From a virus (Duplodnaviria; Caudoviricetes), in IMG/VR virus record IMGVR_UViG_3300031853_000002, positions 64,001 to 128,000 of that record: a stretch of 64,000 nt of DNA; one strand, 5' to 3'. A program made the position numbers and the translations under genes. The notes beneath the pieces are model-generated. The model saw only the letters and a program-made list of their open reading frames with translations, did no database searches and had not been told where the DNA came from. Shown here one piece after another: positions 52,572-63,034 of the stretch (position 1 is the stretch's first letter; every line of letters starts with the position of its first letter).

Positions 52572-55138
52572 AAAACTGTACTATAACTTTTAAAATTGGA
52601 GAAACTACTCGAAATATAGTAGTTCCTGAAGAAGAATTCTATGGGGCAGAGGGCGAACGCTCTCTGTCTACATGGGATTTTTAGGCTAGGCTTGGACAAG
52701 TACTAGCAAAAAGAAAAGATGAATGGAACAGCATAAAAAGAGATATTATCCAATCTTTAAAGGATAATAGTGCAATTTCTGAAGCTGTAACTTTTAGCAA
52801 AATAAGTAAGCAGGAAGGACTTGTACCTAATGTTAATTATAAATATATACAAGATACTTATCCTGAGATAGATTTTCCTAATATTGATGTTCCAATCTTA
52901 TTACTGGATAACTTAGATATGCAATCTAAATTTCCTGTAAGCGGAAGAGTCATAGATAAGAAAGGAAAAGAAATATTTGTAGTAAGAGGTGATAAAGATT
53001 CTCTTGTACAACTTGCTGGATATTTAAAGATTAGAGAAAAAGTTCTTAGTGGAGAATATAAAAATACTCTAGATGAAGAACTTACCAATATACTTGGAAG
53101 AGTAGCTACTAAATGGAATGTATCTCCAGAAGAAGCTATACTCAAATTCTTAAATGATAAGAAAAGTGTAAAATCAAGTGAAAAGGGTATATTAGAAGGA
53201 GCTTCTATATATACTTGGATGACTTATATAACTGCTGCTATAAAGGAGACTCCTATTAAAAAGAAATATAACAATGTAATACTAAACGAAGTTAATAGAA
53301 GACTTGTTACTAATAAGTTAGGAGAACAGGTTCTTTCCACAAGTGAACTTATTACTCCTTTAATGTAGACATTTCCACAAATATTTTCAACTGAAAAAGA
53401 TCTAATAGAACTATTTAATAAAAAGTCTGGAGAAGTTCTTGATGTAATAGCACAACGTCTAAATGCTAAGAAAACTAATCTGGATAAGTCTAAAGGTCCA
53501 AAAGCTGAAATTGGAAAGGCTAGAATAGATAATGCTATGGACTTCTATGCATTACTTAATGAAGTAAGAGAAGAAGAACTTGCAAAGCGTAATGGAGAAG
53601 ATATTTGGGGATTTACTATGTTATTTAAGGCTATTAATTCTTTAACTGATACTAATGAAAATCCACTTGATGTATTACCAGTATCTCTAAAGAATAAGAA
53701 ACTTATCTTTAAGAAAGTCTTCCCATCTTTTGAATCAGCATATGGTTATGGATATGATACAGTGATTTCTTTTACTAAGGAAGAAGAAAGAAATGGTTAC
53801 TATATTTATAGCCAAACTAAAGAAGTTGGAAATAAAACTGTTACTTATTACTATGTAACTCCTTATTTTATCAATGAAAAACTAAATGCTAATAGATTCT
53901 CTAGTATAGCTGATGCACAAGAATGGATTGATAGCCATTATATTACATAGAATTTAAGAGCCAATTCCTTGATTGACCTTAAATAGAGATATATAGATGG
54001 AGGAGTTCAAGAAAGAACTGGTAGAACTTTCCTGAGTGATAAATTTATACAGGAAGGAACTATATTTACAGCAATTGATATGCCTTTAGATATACGTTCT
54101 ACTAATATGAAGGAAGAAGAATATAATCTTCTTAGTAAGTCATTATAGGATTTCTACAATTACATAGAAACTCTTGATTTTGATACAGCAACTAAAGCAA
54201 ATATTATCAGTAAAATAAATACTGCAGAAAAGGCAGTAATCTTCCTAAGTGAAATGAACAGACTCATGAACACTAAGGATGATTCTGGACAAATGCAGTA
54301 TCTAAGAGTAAATAATGATAAAGCTCTATCTATAGTAAATGAAATAAATAATAAGAAACCTACATATTATTATGTTAGTTCTTCCTATAAAGTGGATGAA
54401 GGTAAGTATCGTATACGTTTTATAGAAACTGACGAATCTGCGGTAGGAGAAAAGAAATATAATAAACGAACTCCTATATTACAGTTGCTGGCAAAGATAG
54501 CAGACGTAATGAATAAGAAATTTGGAGTTGAAGTTAATATAGTAAATGAGGAACAACTTACTCAAATGGGAATTGAAGATATGAATCTAGTCAAGGCTTT
54601 TATTAAAGATGGTAAGATTTATATTAATTCTGCTACAGCTAAAGCAGAAGATGCTTTCCACGAATATGCTCACTTATTCCTTGGTGCTCTAAAGGCAGTT
54701 CCAGAGTTTAGAGATAGTTACCAAGAGTTCATTGAAAAGGTACTTTCTACAGAAAGGGGACAAATCTTATATAAAAGGAATCAAAAGAGATTCCCTAAAC
54801 TCAGTGCTTTTGATCTTGCAGAAGAAACTGTTGCTGATTTATATGGAGAATATATGGAAGGTAACTTACCTTATGAACTTAGTTCTTTATTTGCTATGAA
54901 TGACAAACTTAAAGAAGTAGAAAATACTATATTTGATAGAAAAGATAAAGGACAAGCAATTATTGATTTTAAGGGTTCTCTAAATGGTATTTGGAAACAC
55001 TTTAATTCAGATGTTGCTGTAGCCTTAAATGATAATATAAACTTTATAAAAGATGGGGCTCTCCAAATCCAACGTCAGAAAGATAACTGGATTAAAGAGC
55101 AAATTAATAAAGGAAATATTATAGAAGACTGTGAATGA
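52568..55138 (+). CDS. Cargo protein with C-terminal zincin-like metallopeptidase motif (856 aa)
   Basis: KAFIKDGKIYIN...FHEYAHLF...AEETVAD, with ATGA overlaps at both ends. Confidence 0.8.
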
Positions 55139-58100
55139 AAAATTGTACATATGATATAGTAAATGGAGAGCAAGGGCTCTCTTTAATAGCACTACTTAGA
55201 TATGTAGATAAGTAGTTTGCAGAAGTTCTAGATACTAAGGAAAAAGCTTCTATAAGTGATATAGTATATTCTAAGGATCCACTTAAAGACTCTATTATTA
55301 CTAAAATAGGTTAGGTAAAGCATGATTATATTATAATTGCTTCTCGTACAGTTTCTACATACGATGATGAACTTGGTGGAGATGGAAATACTCTTTCTTA
55401 TCAAGAGTTTATAGAGGATCCATCTTGTCTTATAGATGGACAGCCCCTCGTAAGACCTTTTAACAGGGACGAGTTTAGAAATAGTGAAATAGAAAATCTT
55501 GTACAAAACCATAATTATTCCAAAGAAAAAGCTACTGCTGAAGTTGATAAAGACTTAGCTAATATGGATGCCTTTAAAAAGGATTCTGTAACTCTTCACA
55601 AAATAATTGATGGTTATGGAGCTGTTTCAACACAAGTAAAGAACTCTGACTATGTAAGTGCTGTGGCTGATGTTGTAAAAGATACTCCATTTGAAGGAAG
55701 AACAGCAATGCTTGAAGACCTTAAAGGTCAAATGGAAAACTTTGTAAATCAGTATATATACAGAACACAAGTTAGTCCAGTTGTAGTAGGTAACGTAGGT
55801 CTTAAAGCCAAGATAGAAGCCCTAGGTAAAGAGTTAGTTGGACATATTGACTATTTATCTGTTGATGCTTCTGGAACATTACATATTTATAATTTTAAAG
55901 CTTCTCAGAAACCAATGAATACTTGGTCTAAGGATAAGTGGAAAAAATATAACTATGGTATGGCTTTCCTTAAATAGATGCTTGCTTATAATGATATTCC
56001 TATCAATAATATAGAATTAAATATAGTTCCAGTTAGAATGGATTATGAGGGAGATAACCTTAAAAAGATAGTTGTAGGTGCTCCCCAAAATATCTCAGTA
56101 AACAGAAGTGGTAGTTATATGCTTGAACAATATGATAAGCATGCTCGTCACTTTATTCGTAGTAATGTTAATATTCCTAAAGTTACTATTGAAACATTTG
56201 ATAAAGCTGATGAAATCTTCCAACATATATTTCCTATTTTAAATATGAGAAGTGAAGGAACACATCGTTCAGCTGTAGAAATGATTAAAAGAGCACCTGA
56301 AGCTGGAGAAGCAGAACCACTTGTTATTAGAGAGGTTAATGATGAAAAAGGACGTTGGGAAGTAATTATTGGAGGTAAATCTTATAGACCTAAATCAAAT
56401 AAGAACAAGAATAACAATCAAGAAATTCTTGATATAGTTGTAGAGCATCTTAATGAAATACAAGACGAAACTCTTCAGACGGTACATACTCTTAAGGAAG
56501 CTATTCGTAAAATGAATCAAATCGGAGAGAAGGGTGTATTTGTTCCCGAAGCAGATGTAATAGACAAATTAAAAGGTCTTTCATCTTCTAGAGGTTTCAT
56601 TAAGACTATGCTTGATACATACTTTAATGATGTTGATTGGGACGTAGATTCTAAAGGTAATAAAACTCCTATATATAAATGGAAGCTACGTGATGATCTT
56701 CTTGACTACAATATTATTCTAATGTAGAATAATGATACAGGGCAACTTGATATTATTTCATTATCTGCATTTGACTGTAATGCTGAAATACCGTTTGGTA
56801 AAGGACGTCATAATTTACTTGGTGCTTTTAAAACTGATGTTGAAACAAATACTTTAAGAGGAGACTATGGTAATGCAGAAGTAATTAGAGCTATAGTTCT
56901 TCTTAATTAGATACTTCCAACTATGAAGGATATTGATAATATTCAACTTGGTAAAGTAAAGGTGCTTAGCCATACAGGTAAGTCTCGTAGTTATGCTATT
57001 GGTACTATTACAAAGGATTATCTACCTGAAATTATAAGCACCGTAAATCTAGAAGGATTTGTAAACAACTTTAGAGGTTTAAAAGCTGATAAGTTTGTTG
57101 ATCCTATCAGTGCAGTTCTTAACGAATATGGACTTCTAGCTACTGGTAGAAATGAAGCGGAAATGGCTAAGTATCTTCCAGAGAAGTTCATAGAACTACA
57201 AAGCCTTATTGAAAGTGATGAATCTTATAAAAAGACTAAAGTTCTAAAAGAATTACTTGAATCTTTCCAATCTGAGGCTACTGGTATACTACCATCTCAT
57301 GAATTCAAGGATATAGCTAGATATGCTGCAGGACAACTTGGTTCTAAAAGAGATCAACAAATCTGTAGAGTGTATAGAGCACTTTCTGATGCTTATCATC
57401 ATTATACAAGAGAAACATTTAATTATGAAATGGAACTTACTGATGTATATAGACATATGTCTACTACTAATCATATTCCAAATCAAAATATACGTATTGT
57501 AACTGATAATCTAGCACAGACTTATAATAGTATAGCAACTGAAATTGAACAATATCATGCTAAGAATATGAGAAAGTTCATTAAGGAATATTTAGATGCT
57601 AAAGGTTATGGACTTGCTAAAAATGCTACTATCGGTGATGAAGTAAATCTATTTAAAAATCTATTTGAGTAGGACGAACAAGGAAAGAGAACTATGAAGT
57701 TTAAGAATCCTTGGACTGATGGTAGTCTTGATAATGCTGAGGCCGAATTCCTTAAAAAGGCTTTGTGGTAGTTCTATATAATAAGGAATGGTGGAGATGT
57801 TCTTAACTTAGGTGGTTATAACGATCCTAAAGTTCTTGATTTTATATAGAATAGAGCAGGAGGACATAAATATTTATGGTGTCCGCTTATGAGAGCTACT
57901 AATTCTACTAGAGTTATGCAAAATCTAGAGACTTCTACTTGGAAGGGAAGAGCTCAACGTATGTGGAAGATAATGTCCAATCCTAAATAGTACTATGATG
58001 ATCAAATAGAAAATATTACAGAACAAGAAAGAGAACTTATCAATAAAGGGTTAAATGCTGATAAGGAAAAACTTGGCCATGTAATTAATATGTTTAATAT

Positions 58101-59784
58101 TGGAGATGAACGTTTTGAACCAGGTTCTCGTAATAAATACATTGAAGAACAAGGTGTAGATTTCTTTGAAACCAATGTTGAAACTATCCTTATAGAATAT
58201 CTATCTAAATAGGTGGAATGTTCTAAATTGAAAGATTTTATGATTGGTACGCGTTCTCTTCTATTCCAACTTACATTGATGGGAGAGGAATCTGGTAATT
58301 CAGATATAATGAAACGTGAAATCCAATATATCAGAGACTTCTTAAAAGTTAATGTATTTAATACTACTATTAAGAGTGAAACTGGTGCTGTTCTTACAGG
58401 AGCACTTGCAGGTATCAGAAGTAAAGTAACTCTTATGAACCTTGGAGGTAATATGATTTCATTCTTCCGTGATATATTCCAGGGCTTTGAAGAAAACTTC
58501 ATGAGGACTGTAACTAAACTTAATACTGATATAGATGCTAAGACTCTTAGTTAGGCATATGCATATGTAATTACACACGGTATGACTAATACAATGAATA
58601 TTAGTATGCTTAGTGCTTTACAAGCCAAGTATCGTCTATCTAATATAGACCTTGCTAGTATGGAATCTCTACGTATTGGTAGAGGTGGTGTTGCTAACTA
58701 CAAGAACTGGGCATATGCAACTCTTCGTAGACCTGACTTCTTAAATAGAATGACATTATTTGTTGCTCGTTGTATGAAGGATGGATGTTGGGAAGGTTGG
58801 GAACTTAAGGATGATATTCTTATATATGATTGGAAGAAAGATAAGAGATTTAAAGCATTGGTAGACGGAACTTCTAAAGATGCTCCAGAATATAAGCACG
58901 CTAAAGCCTTGTATATGTCTAAAGCTCGTGAATGGAATTCAGAACATCCTGAAAGTCAGATTGACTTGAATCCGGAAACTGCTGAAACATTCCTACCTGC
59001 ACCTTATGCTGACAGAGAAATTCTTGCTATTAAAGAAGTAGCTGATAATATCTATGGCGCATATGATAAATCTCTAAAGTCTATGGGAGAACATACAACA
59101 CTTATGTGGTTCTTCGGTATGTATACTACTTGGATGAATGGTATTTGGAACAATTACTTTATGAAGCCAGGTAAGTATATTGCTAATAGATCTAACATGG
59201 AACAACAAACTGATGAGGCTGGTAATCCTCTGTTCCTTGATGAAAATGGAGGTGTTACTACAGTAGATACTGGAATGCCCCTTTATCATAATGTTCCAAC
59301 TATAGTACAAGGAATTGCTTATACTATAAGAGATTTATACTACATTACTAAGGATGGTGGTCTACAAGCAATGAAAGACTATATAAATGCTAATCCTACA
59401 GTAAGAGCTAATCTGGCTAAATTACTTAGTGATATGCTTGTTACTTTATTAATGTTCATGGCATTCAAGTTTGCTTTAGATCCAGCTTATAAAGACTATA
59501 AGAAAGAAATGAAGAATAATCCAGTATTTGCAAATCTTGCTACTGAAATATTCTATAAGGCTGGTTCTCGTTCTTACGACTCATTTAGAGGTCCTCTTAA
59601 CTTTAAAGATTGGCTTGGAGATAATACAGCTTCTCCAATGTATGAAGTTAATCTTAAAGTTGCTCAAGATGCTCTTAAAGTTATTACAGGAAGAAAGAGC
59701 TTACCAGATGCTTTTATGGGTAATTTCGCAGTTGCTCGTGCTGGTAAAGATACTTATAATGCTTGGAAGAAAGCCCAAGATTAA
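55135..59784 (+). CDS. Large cargo protein with degenerate PD-(D/E)XK nuclease-like domain (1549 aa)
   Basis: Five track fragments share one frame. Contains LVGHIDYLSVDASGTLHIYNFKAS and a hydrophobic helix near the C-terminus. Confidence 0.75.
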
Positions 59785-59828
59785 AAAAAAAAGAGGGGAG
59801 CCCGATTACCGGACTCCCCATTCTTTTT
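59783..59828. terminator. Bidirectional intrinsic terminator between convergent blocks
   Basis: A10 tract, GGGGAGCCCG...CGGACTCCCC hairpin, then TTCTTTTT. Confidence 0.85.
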
Positions 59829-60399
59829 ATAAACTATTATGTACATGAAACTTTATGACTTTAAATAAGTCTTCAAGCGTTCCAACGTTATCAATTACGA
59901 TATCCCATCCTTTATAGTCGTCAAGTGCAGTTTCACTAATGTGATTTCCAGCACCTGCACCGGGACGTTCTATCCTAATCAATTTTCCACCTCTGGCCTT
60001 TACAGCCTCAGCTTCATTTGGGAAACGCACATCAGCTATTATAATATTACCATTTTGATAAGTATTAAATAGTGCTTTTACCCAAAATTCTGGATCTATC
60101 TCCTTTCTAACTGCAGTACCTAACTTCTGTAAGAATTCTCTGACAGTCATTCCAAGCCAATCAAGATACATTTGTTTAACCTCTTGGCTATTAAAGTCAT
60201 CAAAAGGCATATCAAGCATTTCTTGAGATACTTCCTTTAATAAATCAGCATAATGTCTTATGAAGTGATCTTGAGAAAAAGTGAAATCAGAATTCCAATA
60301 CATATCCCAAGTAATATCTGGATTGGATAGTAAACAAGCTAACATTTTAGCAGTAGTATCTTTACCTGCTTGTGCTTTACCTGCTATTCCTATTATCAT
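59827..60399 (-). CDS. Deoxynucleoside monophosphate kinase
   Basis: IIGIAGKAQAGKDT P-loop, REFLQKLGT, IADVRFPNE and HISE. Confidence 0.9.
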   Translation of the reverse strand: MIIGIAGKAQAGKDTTAKMLACLLSNPDITWDMYWNSDFTFSQDHFIRHYADLLKEVSQEMLDMPFDDFNSQEVKQMYLDWLGMTVREFLQKLGTAVRKEIDPEFWVKALFNTYQNGNIIIADVRFPNEAEAVKARGGKLIRIERPGAGAGNHISETALDDYKGWDIVIDNVGTLEDLFKVIKFHVHNSL

Positions 60400-60842
60400 A
60401 CAAATATACGACTTTTAACAATATTAGCTAGAGCAGCTCCATCTACATTAGAATAATTCTCTTTGAACATCTTAATAATCTTACCCATGTCTTTCTTAGT
60501 AGGCATACCATCGAAATTCTTAGCAATGATATAATCAACATGGGTTTCAATTTCTTGTACAGACATCATTTCAGGAAGAAGTTTCTTTAGCTCATTAGCA
60601 TATGCTTTATACTCATTAGCTATTTCTTCTCTTCCATTTATATGGTACATCTGTGCTTGATCTTCATAATGTGCAGATAACTTTTTAAGTACTGCTACTT
60701 CTGTATTAGTATTAACGTCTTCTCCCTTAGTCTTTCTAAGAAGGAATTCCTGTTTAACTTGTTTATAAGCTTCTAACTTAATTGGATTTTGCTCCTTACG
60801 AGCTTCAGCGATAAGATTGTCAATATTAATCATAAATTTCAA
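60396..60842 (-). CDS. GatB/YqeY domain protein
   Basis: GREEIA...LKKLLPEMMS..EI...KKDMGKIIK...DGAALANIVK. Confidence 0.85.
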   Translation of the reverse strand: MKFMINIDNLIAEARKEQNPIKLEAYKQVKQEFLLRKTKGEDVNTNTEVAVLKKLSAHYEDQAQMYHINGREEIANEYKAYANELKKLLPEMMSVQEIETHVDYIIAKNFDGMPTKKDMGKIIKMFKENYSNVDGAALANIVKSRIFV

Positions 60843-61470
60843 ATGTTCCTAAAATTTTCTCCTTAAGAATCTTTTTAACTTGTAAATTGCAATCCAGCCA
60901 ATTTGGTTGTGAAAGCATGAAGAAATCTCCTTTGGTGAGTTGTGAATAAGAGCTAAGAGGTTCTACATAATTATAAAATAAATCTATTATAGTCTTTTCA
61001 TGATTAAATGCCCATTTATAATTATGAATTTGATCTATAGGAATCCATTTAATATCATCTACCTCATTCTCTTCTCCACCTTCAGCTTGTTTTCTGTTAC
61101 CAAGTTCATGTTCAAAGACTATAACAATGTGTCTTAAAGTAACATTACCATTATTTGAAGTCGCTGGATCTGTCTGTGTATAAACTTGTAAGAATTTTTC
61201 TGGTTTTATTTCATATCCAGTTTCTTCAAAAACTTCTCGTGAACAGCCCTGTTGTGCATTCTCATTGGCCTCTAGGAAGCCGCACACTGCATTCCAACAA
61301 CCTTGGTAGTCTGGTGTACCAGGACCACGAAGATTAGCTAGAATTGACCATATACCATCTATACGTCTAAATACAAATGCTGCTACAGCACAGTATCTTC
61401 CACTCCATAGTACCTTTCCTGCGTGAGGTCCATCAGGAATTTTATAACTCCAGTTCTTTTCTATGTTCAT
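60826..61470 (-). CDS. Nudix hydrolase (possible ADP-ribose pyrophosphatase)
   Basis: Nudix box GFLEANENAQQGCSREVFEETGY. Start moved to ATG 61470 to limit overlap. Confidence 0.85.
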   Translation of the reverse strand: MNIEKNWSYKIPDGPHAGKVLWSGRYCAVAAFVFRRIDGIWSILANLRGPGTPDYQGCWNAVCGFLEANENAQQGCSREVFEETGYEIKPEKFLQVYTQTDPATSNNGNVTLRHIVIVFEHELGNRKQAEGGEENEVDDIKWIPIDQIHNYKWAFNHEKTIIDLFYNYVEPLSSYSQLTKGDFFMLSQPNWLDCNLQVKKILKEKILGTFEIYD

Positions 61471-61966
61471 TGTAATAATAATATACTTCGTCTTTAATAA
61501 TTTCTGGAATAAACATACCAAATAAAGTTGGGCATTGTCTATATAAACTAGAGGATAAAGCACCGTTAGGCCTATCAACTACTAACAAATCCCAATCTTT
61601 AAGTATTTGGCCACCATTCATCCAATCAGGAATCTGATTCACTAAATCTTCTCCAACAAGAAGATAGGTCTCATGATTACAATATTTATTCTTTAGAGCA
61701 TGAAGTGTAGCATAAGAATAATAAGGAGGAATCATTGATTCTTCAATAGTATCTACTTCTACATCGTCTTCAAACTCTGAACACACTCTCTCCATCCATG
61801 AACATCTAACATCAAACGGAGCTGGTTTATCCTTCTTAGTTGGATTATGCATAGCAGGAACAACTACTACTCTATCCATACCAAAATTTCTAAAAGCTTC
61901 ATTTATGACAGTTAGATGTCCATAGTGAGGAGGATTAAATGAACCTAAATAAAAAGCTACTTTCAT
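61442..61966 (-). CDS. nadD: Nicotinate-nucleotide adenylyltransferase
   Basis: GSFNPPHYGH, YSYATL, LLVGED...W, VVDRP and LSSS. Confidence 0.9.
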   Translation of the reverse strand: MKVAFYLGSFNPPHYGHLTVINEAFRNFGMDRVVVVPAMHNPTKKDKPAPFDVRCSWMERVCSEFEDDVEVDTIEESMIPPYYSYATLHALKNKYCNHETYLLVGEDLVNQIPDWMNGGQILKDWDLLVVDRPNGALSSSLYRQCPTLFGMFIPEIIKDEVYYYYNEHRKELEL

Positions 61967-62790
61967 TTATTAAACCAAGTTTCCATTTTATAAGGAGTAA
62001 TTGGTAATTTATCCTTATAATCATTAGCTATGACTCTATCCTCTACACGAGTAACTAGTTCTAAACCACACTTATCAATTGCATCTCTATATTTAAATCT
62101 ATCATCCAGTGAGTCAAGTATAAAGTCAACATCCCCATATGTAGAGCCTGGTGCTATTTGATCTAAGTCAGTACCTGATGTATTATCATCAGTGGGCTGC
62201 TGATTTATAGACTCCTGAATGGCATCTGAAGCTTGAGGAACATAGTTCTTAAGTATCTTAGCTAAGTCCCAAATCTCATGCTTCCATAGATAACGTATTC
62301 CTATATTATAGTCCCCTACATCACCATGTATAGTATAGAAACCAAGTTCATGTTCAGTCATATTATCAGTGTCTATAACTATGCCTTTATAATTAGAAGC
62401 TAGTTGATATAAGTACATCATACGAAGACGTGCCATAATATTGCCATCACTGATGATATTAGCCTTAGACTCTTCCTCATTATCATAGAATAACTCTCTA
62501 AAGCCTCTATACATATCACATAGATTAACCTTTGCAAAATCATCACACAGAACTTCCCCAAGCTCATCTGCTATTACTACACGTGGGGCAGCTTGGTATT
62601 TAATTGGAAGGCTTCTACCAATAAATGTAACATCGGACATATCTTTAGTAGCCAAATGACATATAACTGCAGCTACAGTACTATCTATACCTCCACTTAG
62701 CCCTAATACCACACTCTTTAAATGATTCTGTTTTATATAATTCTGTAGACATCCTATAGAATCACTTATCCAGTTGTCCCAATTTTTCAT
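61963..62790 (-). CDS. nadE: NH3-dependent NAD+ synthetase
   Basis: VLGLSGGIDS, GNIMARLRM..LY and E..LGFYTIHGD. No glutaminase domain. Confidence 0.92.
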   Translation of the reverse strand: MKNWDNWISDSIGCLQNYIKQNHLKSVVLGLSGGIDSTVAAVICHLATKDMSDVTFIGRSLPIKYQAAPRVVIADELGEVLCDDFAKVNLCDMYRGFRELFYDNEEESKANIISDGNIMARLRMMYLYQLASNYKGIVIDTDNMTEHELGFYTIHGDVGDYNIGIRYLWKHEIWDLAKILKNYVPQASDAIQESINQQPTDDNTSGTDLDQIAPGSTYGDVDFILDSLDDRFKYRDAIDKCGLELVTRVEDRVIANDYKDKLPITPYKMETWFNK

Positions 62791-63034
62791 ATTCTTCTTT
62801 TGTTAAAATTGTATTATGTAAATGTTCTATATTTACTAGCCACTTCTGTCCAGACTCATCTTGTGTTACAACCCAATCTGGATCTTTTCCATCCTTTATA
62901 TAAATACGTTTATAATAAGTATTATTAGGAGGGTACCAACAATAGAGTTCCTGTCCAGGAGTTAATTTCTCACGAGGTTTAGGTGGAATTCCTTTAGGGA
63001 CTTCCACCTTCTTAGTTACTTTCTTACGCGGCAT
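62762..63034 (-). CDS. Small hypothetical protein, basic N-terminus, possible SH3/Tudor-like barrel
   Basis: Overlaps both neighbours in operon fashion. Confidence 0.6.
   Translation of the reverse strand: MPRKKVTKKVEVPKGIPPKPREKLTPGQELYCWYPPNNTYYKRIYIKDGKDPDWVVTQDESGQKWLVNIEHLHNTILTKEEYEKLGQLDK

Noticed and set aside
1653-59310. Short - strand ORFs in the track (e.g. 37135-37518, 58002-58502)
   Set aside because: Antisense shadows of long + strand genes, with no recognisable motifs.
3-59784. Pseudogenisation or sequencing errors as the cause of ORF fragmentation
   Set aside because: Breaks are TAG only, with no frameshifts, and catalytic motifs are intact.
61471-61578. Longer N-terminus of the Nudix ORF given by the track
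   Set aside because: It would overlap nadD by more than 130 nt. ATG 61470 is more plausible.
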